Position numbers and translations under genes: made by a program. From a virus (lineage: Duplodnaviria > Caudoviricetes): a stretch of 64,000 nucleotides of DNA. The notes under the pieces were generated by a model that had not been told where the DNA came from, ran no database searches, and saw nothing but the letters and a program-made list of their open reading frames with translations. Shown here piece after piece: positions 49,839 to 59,408 of the stretch (its first letter is position 1; every line of letters starts with the position of its first letter). The stretch lies in the IMG/VR virus record IMGVR_UViG_3300010429_001264. The stretch is one strand, 5' to 3'.

Positions 49839-50060
49839 TTATGTATTTTCTGATTCATCAATTGATAAACTAACATATATTTCATTTTCTGGTGCTCGGC
49901 ACACACTTCTTTTTAGACAAGACCATTTCCCCATGTTTAAAGCGCATAAAAGACAATGATGTTCCCCAACATATTCTTGCGCCCCTTTATCAAGAGTGTT
50001 TTTTAGGTCATCAAAGTTTTTGGTTTCTAGATTCAGGATCAAAGTTTTTTTCATTTTCAA
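49839..50060 (-). CDS. Hypothetical Cys-containing protein
   Basis: ORF track; TACATTTG upstream. Confidence 0.55.
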   Translation of the reverse strand: MKMKKTLILNLETKNFDDLKNTLDKGAQEYVGEHHCLLCALNMGKWSCLKRSVCRAPENEIYVSLSIDESENT

Positions 50061-50330
50061 AATAATTTAAAATATTATTGAACAAATGTAAAAAATAAAT
50101 TCGAATAAAAAAAATAATTACGGTTCATATGATCTATAAATTCCATTAACACTCTTTTTCAAAGGAAACATTAAATTGAAATCTTTTAATCTTTGAACAT
50201 ATTCTGGATAAAATTTCATTCTTTCTATGCAATCTTGTATAACATCTCTATCGATGTATTCAGCAAGTTGTTGTTCGTAAATTTTCTTAACTTTCATAAT
50301 TTTTATTTTTTTTTTTAGTTATATATTAAA

Positions 50331-50360
50331 ATGAGAAGCTCGATTTTTCGAGCTTCTCAT
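50331..50360. terminator. Perfect 13-bp hairpin, probable terminator
   Basis: ATGAGAAGCTCGA-TTTT-TCGAGCTTCTCAT. Confidence 0.65.
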
Positions 50361-50587
50361 TATGACCACACAAGATTTATTCCAATATCATAGGGTGTAA
50401 TATAAACTCCATCTTCTATGCAAGCATCTATAACATCCTCGTTTCCACCATACTCCAAGCATTTAGAAACAAAATGATCTTCAGCTTTTTTTACGACATC
50501 ATTAATAACATCATCATCTCCCAGAATAAAGGAATCGATGGAATTAACTACATTTTTTTCTACTACAATTACATTAATAATTTTCAT
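50360..50587 (-). CDS. Hypothetical protein
   Basis: ORF track. Confidence 0.6.
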   Translation of the reverse strand: MKIINVIVVEKNVVNSIDSFILGDDDVINDVVKKAEDHFVSKCLEYGGNEDVIDACIEDGVYITPYDIGINLVWS

Positions 50588-50631
50588 AATTTTATTTTTT
50601 TATGATTAAACAATTAAAAAATTCTTTTTGA

Positions 50632-50844
50632 TTACTTAAAGTTTGAAAGATACCATTCACAAAACTTGTCTCGCCAAAGCGTATCATTCATCCCCCATTC
50701 ATTTGCTTCATGTTTTAGATTTAATGGTAGTTTTTCATAAATTTCCATTAGTTCTTCTCTCCTACAATTCTTTTTATTTCCATTCCAAGTTAAATCTAAA
50801 ATGCAATCGTGCATGTGATCCCAATCACTATCTGTAATTTTCAT
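50632..50844 (-). CDS. Hypothetical protein
   Basis: ORF track. Confidence 0.6.
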   Translation of the reverse strand: MKITDSDWDHMHDCILDLTWNGNKKNCRREELMEIYEKLPLNLKHEANEWGMNDTLWRDKFCEWYLSNFK

Positions 50845-51052
50845 ATTTATAAACTATTTCTTCCACTTGTTGTTTAACTCCTTTTATTTCACAATCCCTG
50901 TAATCGCCTTTCCATCCACAAAGTTTGCATTCGTGATAATAGTATGGATTTGGGAAAATTTTAGTTATGCTTTGACATTGAGGGCAAATATCAACACTAC
51001 CCCTTTTAAAACACACTTCTATTTCTTTATAAAATTCATCAAAGTCTTTCAT
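50828..51052 (-). CDS. Small Zn-ribbon protein
   Basis: CPQC...CKLCGW. Confidence 0.6.
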   Translation of the reverse strand: MKDFDEFYKEIEVCFKRGSVDICPQCQSITKIFPNPYYYHECKLCGWKGDYRDCEIKGVKQQVEEIVYKYENYR

Positions 51053-51057
51053 TTCTA

Positions 51058-52515
51058 CTATATTTCAACTGGTTCATATCTTTCAGAATTGATCGTCTTC
51101 AACATAATATCATAAGGAGTCTCCTTAGCTGGAGTTTCTACTTCACTACCAGATAATATCGATTTCAAAATACTTGGACTGAATCCAGAGATCAATCCAA
51201 CATTTTCGTCAAAAGCCGAAGCTGTCACATTGTCATTTTCTGCTCTAAGATTCCAGAATATAACTCTTGGTATCTTATATCCATAGGAAGCGTACTTGGA
51301 TTTTATCATTTCGAATCCAGTTTGAGAATAATTTCCCTTATTTGGATCGAACTGTAAGTCAGATAAAACCAATAAAGTAGTTGGCATTTCATTTTCAGAT
51401 AAATGATTTTCGACGGCCTTTCCTAACATTAAATCGAAAGCTGCTGTAAAGTCAGTAGTATTATTCCAAGGAGCCGATCCTATTTGTCTAATTCTTTCAG
51501 AAACACTGCCTTTCAAATACATCATTTTTGGTATGCTTGAGAAAGTGATGAAGGCGTCTTTAAATATACTTTCATTTTTTTCTGAAATATAAATAGCTAA
51601 TGACTGGGCAACCCTGCCTGGTAATCCACCATACCAACCCATTGATCCTGAAGTATCTACAACTGGCATCAATCTTTCTGTTGTGCCTTCCATATAATTT
51701 GGCAAACTATACCACTGAGCTTCAATTGCTTGAATATCAGCTTCATTTTTTGCTCTAACGAAAGCATCATATAATTGATATGGATAAATAGCAGAGGCAC
51801 ACATTTTAGAAACGCCACTTTTAACATTAAGTATGTAGTCGTTAAACCTGTTTTTATCGTTACGATAGAAAGCCTTGCGATATTTGTTCATAGCAACAGA
51901 AGGAACTTGATCGTATTTTATACCATCATATTCTTTTTTGCACATCAACTGCTCGACTGTATTTGAAAGCCCCACTATTAATTTGCGATAATCTTTTGGT
52001 GTTAATTTTAAAGATTTTCTAATCTTATTTGCTCTCCATCCCTTTCTATCTAGCCATTTGGCCAATAGGAATTTAGTTGAGTCTTCACCATACAACATTT
52101 TTTTTATGATATTTAAAATCTCAATATCAATTTCTGTGTTTGATCCATCATTCAATAGCTCGACCATATCATCCCAACGACCATACTCTGGTATAAGATG
52201 AATATTTTTCATTAAATATCCATTGTAATATTTTTCTAGATATTTTAAACAAACTCTAAAAAATCTTCTTTCACCTGCTCCTCCTCTAACATCTCTAACC
52301 CAAAACATGAGTTTTAAAGCCATTAAAGGATCTTCTGATAGTGCTTTTTGAAATAATTGCTCAATTTTTCCATCATCCCAATGACGGGCTGAGCCAGCCA
52401 TGAAAAACATATCCACACAAGAGTTTAAGCTTGTTGAATTTGTAACCATACCCTTTTCGGTGTATGAATCCTTTTGACGTGCCGCGTTGACAAGTCTTGA
52501 CATTGAAATAGCCAT
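51058..52515 (-). CDS. DUF2828-type Ro60/TROVE-like protein with C-terminal vWA domain
   Basis: RDVRGGAGER, EYGRWDD, AKW, VPSVAM, MIDAS VDTSGSM, LSDLQFD, FWNL and SGFSP motifs. Confidence 0.85.
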   Translation of the reverse strand: MAISMSRLVNAARQKDSYTEKGMVTNSTSLNSCVDMFFMAGSARHWDDGKIEQLFQKALSEDPLMALKLMFWVRDVRGGAGERRFFRVCLKYLEKYYNGYLMKNIHLIPEYGRWDDMVELLNDGSNTEIDIEILNIIKKMLYGEDSTKFLLAKWLDRKGWRANKIRKSLKLTPKDYRKLIVGLSNTVEQLMCKKEYDGIKYDQVPSVAMNKYRKAFYRNDKNRFNDYILNVKSGVSKMCASAIYPYQLYDAFVRAKNEADIQAIEAQWYSLPNYMEGTTERLMPVVDTSGSMGWYGGLPGRVAQSLAIYISEKNESIFKDAFITFSSIPKMMYLKGSVSERIRQIGSAPWNNTTDFTAAFDLMLGKAVENHLSENEMPTTLLVLSDLQFDPNKGNYSQTGFEMIKSKYASYGYKIPRVIFWNLRAENDNVTASAFDENVGLISGFSPSILKSILSGSEVETPAKETPYDIMLKTINSERYEPVEI

Positions 52516-52560
52516 TTTCTTTAAAATTAATTTTAGTTAACTTGAATGATAAAAAAATCT

Positions 52561-52617
52561 CGGATTACTTTTTTTGGCACCTTTGCTTGGTTTTTTTTTA
52601 GTTGCTGTATGTAATCC
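52561..52617 (-). ncRNA. ACAGCAA-motif small RNA, copy 2
   Basis: GGATTAC-ATACAGCAA...ACC-AAGCAAA-GGT..CCAAAAAAA-GTAATCC. Confidence 0.7.
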
Positions 52618-52629
52618 ATCAAACTTACA

Positions 52630-52689
52630 CAGGATATTATTTTGGTTTTTTAATTTTCGGTTAAAAAAAAATGTTGCTGTAAATATCCT
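52630..52689 (-). ncRNA. ACAGCAA-motif small RNA, copy 3
   Basis: AGGATATT-TACAGCAA...TTTTAA-CCGAAAA-TTAAAA..CCAAAA-T-AATATCCT. Confidence 0.7.
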
Positions 52690-52747
52690 TCAAGTTAATA
52701 TCTTTACTTTATATATATTTTAATTAAAAAAGTCGTTTTTTTCCAAT

Positions 52748-52930
52748 TTATTTCTCATTTAACCATCTTTCGCATACTGCCAGGTCATTTGTATCCCAAC
52801 CACCCAATTGATCAAGCAATTTGGCGCAATCAGTTTCTCCACTTGCGATAAAATCATTAACGATTTGCAAATGTCTTTTAGTGTAATACATAACACCAAG
52901 TTTTTGTAATAATCCTTCTGCTGTTTTCAC
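52748..52930 (-). CDS. Hypothetical protein
   Basis: ORF track. Confidence 0.55.
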   Translation of the reverse strand: MKTAEGLLQKLGVMYYTKRHLQIVNDFIASGETDCAKLLDQLGGWDTNDLAVCERWLNEK

Positions 52931-52938
52931 ACTCTTCC

Positions 52939-53157
52939 TTATATTAAATCATGTTTTTTTAATATGCCCAAATAAGAAGTATCTTCTAATTTATTTAAAT
53001 GTTCGTCTAGTTGTTTTTCAAATTCATCATTTGTTATATTTTGATAAACTGGTATCTGATCATATTTATATTCACCAGTTGCACCATATCCAGGATCGAT
53101 TAAATAAAACCTGGCCCCTAATGATTTAGCTTTTAATATTTTTTCTTCCAATGTCAT
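52939..53157 (-). CDS. Hypothetical protein
   Basis: ORF track. Confidence 0.55.
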   Translation of the reverse strand: MTLEEKILKAKSLGARFYLIDPGYGATGEYKYDQIPVYQNITNDEFEKQLDEHLNKLEDTSYLGILKKHDLI

Positions 53158-53234
53158 AATTCAACATTTAATATTTATCTAGATGATTAATTTTTTCAGC
53201 AAATCTACGACATCTTTAGTGTCGTAGTAGTTCA

Positions 53235-53579
53235 TTATTTTACTTTCTTTTTCTTAAAAAGACTCATTTTATAATTTTCATAATCCAGTGAATATAAAGA
53301 ATCCTTTGGTAATTCTATTGATACGACAACCCTATCATCGTTTAATTTTTCGATAACCTCACCTTCAAATTCACCATCTATATAAAATTTACATTTATCA
53401 CCAGATTTCATAATCTTTGAAAAACGTTTTCTTTCTTTTCTATCTTCTTTAGTGCTTTTTATTGAAAAGAAAATAAGAAATGATAATGTAATAAATAATA
53501 ATATTACCACTACAATCAATATCATCTGTGGGTTATTGGCCATTAAGTAATCCATAAAATTTTTCATTAGATTTTCCAT
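53235..53579 (-). CDS. Single-pass membrane protein (YajC-like layout)
   Basis: Hydrophobic N-terminal helix, then MKSGDKC...GEVIEKL; weak. Confidence 0.5.
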   Translation of the reverse strand: MENLMKNFMDYLMANNPQMILIVVVILLFITLSFLIFFSIKSTKEDRKERKRFSKIMKSGDKCKFYIDGEFEGEVIEKLNDDRVVVSIELPKDSLYSLDYENYKMSLFKKKKVK

Positions 53580-53730
53580 ATTTTTATTTTTTAATTATTT
53601 CGTTTTCTTTAGGTTCGACTTCTTCTACTGGCACAAAAAGATCATGAAAATTCGTCCCTTTAATTTTATATTATATGAAGACAAAATTATAAAAGTTGTT
53701 GCTAAAATAAAAATTATTTTAATAAAATTT

Positions 53731-53940
53731 TCATATTCTTTTTATGATCTGGCAAGCTTTACTTATTATTAAAACTTCACCTTTTGTTGTCAGAACTTCG
53801 ATGGATTCATTTGCTTTATCGAACCAATCTGCTCTAAAAGCGTCACCTCTTGTATAATATCTCAATATGGGCTGCGCGTTTCTATTATATAGAATAACAT
53901 TTCCACTTATAATTTTTAAAAATGTGTTTTCTGTTGACAT
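53731..53940 (-). CDS. Hypothetical protein
   Basis: ORF track. Confidence 0.55.
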   Translation of the reverse strand: MSTENTFLKIISGNVILYNRNAQPILRYYTRGDAFRADWFDKANESIEVLTTKGEVLIISKACQIIKRI

Positions 53941-53991
53941 AACGTTTTATTATTTTATGTAAATATATATTAAATTTTGGAAATAAAAAAA

Positions 53992-56616
53992 TTAAATCAA
54001 CCTATCTATTCTAAATAAAAGATCGCTCTGACTTATTGGTTTTGTTACATAATCATCACATCCCATATCATAAGCCTTGTTTTTTTGATCAGGCATAGCC
54101 AGTGCCGATTCAACTATTATTGGCAATCTTTCGTCAAATTCTTTTATTTCCTTTATTAATTTATATCCGCTTTTTCCAGGTAGTCCTATATCCAATAGAA
54201 CTAAATCAATTTTATTATTTTTTATAATGTCCATAACCTCATTACCGTTCCAACATTCTATTATATTTACATTGGTTTTAAATAAATGTTTAGCTATAAT
54301 ATAACGACTATCTTTATCATCTTCAACAACAAGTATTGTTTTACCTTTCAAATTCATTGATTTTTTATGAACCTTCTCTTTAACACTTTCAACATAATCA
54401 AATGTTTTAATTTCATATGGAGCATAAAAATAAAATTTGCTACCTTCTCCCAATTTTGATTCTAATTTTATATCATCAAATCCCAATAATTTTATTAAAG
54501 ACTTTGTTATAGAAAGTCCCAGACCTGCTCCTTTAAATTTATTTCCAGAACTATTTAACTGCCTAAATCTTTCAAAAATTATTTTCTGATTTTCTTCGGC
54601 TATACCAATTCCAGTGTCTTCGACAAATATCATAATCTTTTGTCTATCAATTATTTTATAACCAAATTTAACATACCCCTCTTTCGTGAATTTAATAGCG
54701 TTTCCGATTAGATTCATTAATATTTGACGTAAACGATATTTATCTGTATTAATAATAACATTTTTATTTATATCTTCTTCGATTATTATTTCTATCTTTT
54801 TGTCTTTTATTTGTTTGGAATAACTCAATCTCAACTCCTCTAATAATTTGTTGATTTCAAACTCTCTTTTTTCTATTTTCAAACTATTTGTATCGATTTT
54901 AGAAACATCTATAATATCATCGATCAAAGCCATTAAAAATTTTCCATTGTTTATGATAGTATTCACATAATCAGTTTTTTCTGATTTTGTTAGATTATTG
55001 TTTTTCAATAAATCAGAAAAACCTATTATAGCATTCATCGGAGTGCGGAGATCGTGACTCATATTGGCTAGGAATTCGAGTTTCATTTTATCTGATTCTT
55101 CAGCTTTTTCTTTAGCTTTTATGAGCTCTTCTTCAAAAACTTTTCTATCTGTTATATCTACACCAAAAGAAACTATTTTTTCAACTTCTTTGTTTTTCAC
55201 CACCAAATTGTTTCTCCAAACTAAAAATCTTCTTTGACCACTTTTTGTTACTATTTCATTTTCATGCTTTCTATCTTCATCTGTAAAATTGAGCTTCATT
55301 TTTGTCATAAATTGAAACATTTTAACTTTATCTTCTTGTGGTATAAGAAGACTGAACCAGTTTTCGCCAATAACCTCATCTCTTTTATATCCTGTAATTT
55401 TCTCGGCAGCTTCGTTAAAAAATAATATATTGCCATCTGGATCCAATTCGACAACAATAACATTAGCCATTTGTATAATGTTCTCCGCGTTTTCTTTAGA
55501 GTTTCTGAGTTCATTCTGCACATTGATTTCATCAGTAATATCTCTTATCATAATAATTACCTCATCTTCACCACTTTTAGTTGTTCTGGAATAAAAAAAT
55601 CTTTTTTCACCATTTTCCATTTTAATTGGATATTGATGCTCGTCTGTTATACCATTTCTTATAACACGCTCGATGGTTTCAATGGATTCTATTTTTACAT
55701 AATCATCTATTGGCAAAGAATACATATCCTTTCCTATATAATCTTTTAAATTTTCATTACTCAAATAATCATCCATACCTGGTTTGATATCCAGAATTAA
55801 AGCGTCTTCTCTAACGCGCATAACCATATACGGTATCGCATTCAATATAGCAATATAATTTTCAGTATTTTCCTTATTTTCAGTGATATCAACGATGAAT
55901 AGAATTAAATATTCACCTCCATCTAGTTTTATATAATCGCCCGAGAATTCACCATACCGAATTTCATTATATTTTGTTTTATATTTTAATGGTAAATTTT
56001 TAATAGTCCCATACACTTTTAATTCTTCCGCCAAAATCTTTCTATCTTCTATTGTCAACAACCCTAGATCTATAGATCTCCTACCTATTAATTCTTCTCG
56101 TTCATATCCAGACATTTGAACAAATCTTTCATTAACATCCAATAAAACTCCTGTATTTATTTCAGATATGGATATAGCATAAGCATTTGAATTGAAAATC
56201 TTTTTTATCTTCTCTTCATAATTAGTTATTATAGCATAATCCTTACAAAAGGCATACGCTATTTTTTTATTTTCTTTTATATATTTTCCAACATAAACCC
56301 TTGAAACAACTTTGATTTCTTTTCCGTCTTTCGACACCAGTGGTATCTCACAACTTTTCGTTTCGCCTTTAAATAATGAAACCAGTTTTTGTTTTAAAAT
56401 ATCATCAAATTTAGAATCCCGAATTTCAAATAAAGTCATATTTTTCATTTCTTCATTGGTATATCCGATTGTTTCTCTAGCCATGGAATTTGTTTTTAAT
56501 ATTTTTCCGTCTTCATCAAATATAAATATCATATCGTCGAGCGATTCAACGAAATCCTCCATCCTATAGCACTCAAAACTATCATTATAAGCACAACTAA
56601 AAGAATTTTTATCCAT
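53992..56616 (-). CDS. Multi-PAS hybrid sensor histidine kinase/response regulator
   Basis: About four PAS repeats; FLANMSHDLRTPMN, NAIKFT, DTGIGI and GAGLGL; receiver VEDD...DIGLP...KP. Confidence 0.95.
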   Translation of the reverse strand: MDKNSFSCAYNDSFECYRMEDFVESLDDMIFIFDEDGKILKTNSMARETIGYTNEEMKNMTLFEIRDSKFDDILKQKLVSLFKGETKSCEIPLVSKDGKEIKVVSRVYVGKYIKENKKIAYAFCKDYAIITNYEEKIKKIFNSNAYAISISEINTGVLLDVNERFVQMSGYEREELIGRRSIDLGLLTIEDRKILAEELKVYGTIKNLPLKYKTKYNEIRYGEFSGDYIKLDGGEYLILFIVDITENKENTENYIAILNAIPYMVMRVREDALILDIKPGMDDYLSNENLKDYIGKDMYSLPIDDYVKIESIETIERVIRNGITDEHQYPIKMENGEKRFFYSRTTKSGEDEVIIMIRDITDEINVQNELRNSKENAENIIQMANVIVVELDPDGNILFFNEAAEKITGYKRDEVIGENWFSLLIPQEDKVKMFQFMTKMKLNFTDEDRKHENEIVTKSGQRRFLVWRNNLVVKNKEVEKIVSFGVDITDRKVFEEELIKAKEKAEESDKMKLEFLANMSHDLRTPMNAIIGFSDLLKNNNLTKSEKTDYVNTIINNGKFLMALIDDIIDVSKIDTNSLKIEKREFEINKLLEELRLSYSKQIKDKKIEIIIEEDINKNVIINTDKYRLRQILMNLIGNAIKFTKEGYVKFGYKIIDRQKIMIFVEDTGIGIAEENQKIIFERFRQLNSSGNKFKGAGLGLSITKSLIKLLGFDDIKLESKLGEGSKFYFYAPYEIKTFDYVESVKEKVHKKSMNLKGKTILVVEDDKDSRYIIAKHLFKTNVNIIECWNGNEVMDIIKNNKIDLVLLDIGLPGKSGYKLIKEIKEFDERLPIIVESALAMPDQKNKAYDMGCDDYVTKPISQSDLLFRIDRLI

Positions 56617-56682
56617 ATAATGTATATATTAATTTTTTCTGACCTACACGCTATAATATATAATAATTAAAAAAGAGAGTAT

Positions 56683-57363
56683 ATGAATTTAATAGGAATA
56701 GATATATCAATAGATTCAACAGCGGTTTCAATCGAGCGTGGTGATGGTGATTTAATCATTTCAAATTTTACAACCTTAAAAAATAACACCAAATGGATTA
56801 AGAATACTATGGATGTTGTTGACTATGAATTCATAAATTATAGTTATAAAGAAATAGATAATTATGCTGAAAAAGAAATAATGAAATTGAGAGAATTTAA
56901 CCATGTAACAGACTTAATCTATAACAAAATATTAGGAAATATTGATAAAAAAGAAGAAACTGTCATAGCGATTGAGGGTTATAATTACTCATCTTTTGGA
57001 AATTCTATAATAGATATTGTTGGGTTTTCAACATTATTAAGATCAAAATTATTGAATATTCCAAAATTAGATAATATGTTAATAATATCGCCGAAAACTG
57101 TTAAAAGTTCTATTGCTTCTATTGTTTATGGATTTCATATAAATAAGAAAGGTAAAAAAATTATAAATAAAAACTCTGAAGGCAGATCAGGTGGTAATTT
57201 CGATAAAAAAGATATAATGGTGGCTTTGTTCGAAATGAATACTAAAAATAAATTGATGGAGATATTAAATAAATATAAAGAAGAATTATTAAAATTTAAA
57301 AACGTGTCAAAACCGCTGGATGATATTTTAGACGCTTATTTTATTATGATGATTTTGAAATAA
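56683..57363 (+). CDS. RuvC-like Holliday junction resolvase
   Basis: IGIDISI, IAIEGY, ISPKTVK and DDILDAY motifs. Confidence 0.8.
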   Translation: MNLIGIDISIDSTAVSIERGDGDLIISNFTTLKNNTKWIKNTMDVVDYEFINYSYKEIDNYAEKEIMKLREFNHVTDLIYNKILGNIDKKEETVIAIEGYNYSSFGNSIIDIVGFSTLLRSKLLNIPKLDNMLIISPKTVKSSIASIVYGFHINKKGKKIINKNSEGRSGGNFDKKDIMVALFEMNTKNKLMEILNKYKEELLKFKNVSKPLDDILDAYFIMMILK

Positions 57364-57437
57364 TTCTATCAAACTCTTCATAATTTTTATTTTTTATAAA
57401 TATAAAATTATATCCTTGTTCTAAGCAAGCTTCTTGT

Positions 57438-57620
57438 TTGGCTAAATTTTTATCCAAATCTAGACCAAAAATTTTAGATAAAAAGAAGCCTATTTCAATA
57501 ACGATCAATATTGAGTTAGATGAGTTATTGGAAAAATTATGTATTGAAAAAAATATTAATAAATCAAAATACATAGAACATCTTATAGAGAAAGATATGG
57601 AGAATAATAAGTCAGAATGA
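57438..57620 (+). CDS. Small ribbon-helix-helix-like DNA-binding protein
   Basis: ISITINIELDELL...NKSKYIEHLI. Confidence 0.55.
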   Translation: MAKFLSKSRPKILDKKKPISITINIELDELLEKLCIEKNINKSKYIEHLIEKDMENNKSE

Positions 57621-57686
57621 TTTCTGACTTATTTTGTTTCTGCTATTTTAGTAAAAACTCTTTTAGATTTTAATATATACTTCATT

Positions 57687-59408
57687 ATGATATTAGATAA
57701 AGAAATAGAAATAAAAGTGAATTCCACGTCCATAAAACATTATAAAAATAAAGGATATGGTGATATTAAAATAGGTGATAATTTATTAATAAAAATTGAG
57801 GATTTAACATCATCATCTTCTTACAAAATTAATGTGATGTGTGATGTCTGCGGAACGAAGAAATCATTGAGATATCACAATTATTTAAAGAACATAAAAA
57901 ATACCGGAACATATTGTTGCTCAAATAAATGCGCTTATAAAGTGAAAAATGAGAAATCTTGTTTGGAAAAACATGGAAATAAGAATTATAACAACACACA
58001 AAAACGTAAAAAAACTTGTTTAGAAAGATACGGCGTTGAAAACGTTTTTCAAAATGAAGAAATAAAAAATAAAATAAAAAAAGCCAACATAAATAAATAC
58101 GGTGACGAAAGTCATAACAGAAACGAAGAAATAAAAAACAATAAGAAACAAATATTTTTAAAAAAATATGGAGTAAGTTGTTATTTAAATACAATAGAAC
58201 AGAAAGAAAAATCAAGAATTAAAAAATTAAGAAAATACGGAAATTTAAATAATCACAATAAAATTAAAGATACATTTTTAAGAAAATATGGAGTCGAACA
58301 TCCATCTCAAGTAAATGAGTTTAAAGAAAAAAGAATAAAAAATTATAAAAAAACTATAGTAAATAATATCCTGTTTAAATATGAAAATATTGGGATGATA
58401 AAAGCTGATTTTGAAAAAGACAAATTTATATTTAATTGCGAGAAAGGACATCAATTTGAAATAAGCAGAGATTTGTTAAAAAATAGGATAAAATGTCATA
58501 CTCTAATCTGTACTCAATGCAATCCAGTATCGAGTCATGTATCTGGACAAGAAATTTTATTCAATAACTATATAAGAGAAATATATAGTGATGAAATGTC
58601 ATTTAATGACAAAAATATAATATATCCATATGAACTGGATATTTATTTACCAAAAGAAAAAATATCTTTTGAATTTAATGGCCTATATTGGCACGATGAA
58701 ATACATAGAGAAAATAATTATCATTTAAATAAAACTGAATTAACAGAAAAAAAAGGTATTCGATTGATACATGTTTATGAGGATGATTGGATATACAAAC
58801 AAGAAATAGTTAAATCTAGAATAAAAAATTTATTGAACAAGACTCCGATTAATATTTATGCTAGAAAATGCGAGATAAAAGAAATATTTGATAATAATAT
58901 TATTAAGAACTTTTTAGAAACAAATCATCTACAGGGTTTTGTAAATTCAAAAATTAAAATTGGATTATTTTATAATAATGAATTAATGAGTTTAATGACA
59001 TTTGGAAATTTAAGAAAATTAACGTCCCAAAAATCTATCAATAATTCTTATGAGATTTTAAGATTTTGCAATAAAACCAATACAAATGTCATTGGCGGGG
59101 CCAGTAGATTGTTCAAATATTTTATAAATAAATTCAATCCAAAGGAAATAATAAGTTACGCTGATCGAAGTTGGAGTCAAGGAGACATATACAATAAATT
59201 AAAATTTGAGCTTGTTAATAAAACCAAACCAAATTATTTTTATATAATAAAAGGAATTCGAAAGCACAGATTTAATTTTAGAAAAGATAAGTTAGTAAAA
59301 CAGGGATTTGAGTCACATAAGACTGAACATGAGATAATGTTAGAAAGAAAAATATATAGAATATATGATTCTGGAAATTTAAAATATTATTGGAAAAATA
59401 ATATATAA
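57687..59408 (+). CDS. Putative homing endonuclease, paralog of 13160
   Basis: KYG repeats, ELDIYLP..FEFNGLYWH, SYADRSWSQG and IYDSG. Confidence 0.75.
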   Translation: MILDKEIEIKVNSTSIKHYKNKGYGDIKIGDNLLIKIEDLTSSSSYKINVMCDVCGTKKSLRYHNYLKNIKNTGTYCCSNKCAYKVKNEKSCLEKHGNKNYNNTQKRKKTCLERYGVENVFQNEEIKNKIKKANINKYGDESHNRNEEIKNNKKQIFLKKYGVSCYLNTIEQKEKSRIKKLRKYGNLNNHNKIKDTFLRKYGVEHPSQVNEFKEKRIKNYKKTIVNNILFKYENIGMIKADFEKDKFIFNCEKGHQFEISRDLLKNRIKCHTLICTQCNPVSSHVSGQEILFNNYIREIYSDEMSFNDKNIIYPYELDIYLPKEKISFEFNGLYWHDEIHRENNYHLNKTELTEKKGIRLIHVYEDDWIYKQEIVKSRIKNLLNKTPINIYARKCEIKEIFDNNIIKNFLETNHLQGFVNSKIKIGLFYNNELMSLMTFGNLRKLTSQKSINNSYEILRFCNKTNTNVIGGASRLFKYFINKFNPKEIISYADRSWSQGDIYNKLKFELVNKTKPNYFYIIKGIRKHRFNFRKDKLVKQGFESHKTEHEIMLERKIYRIYDSGNLKYYWKNNI

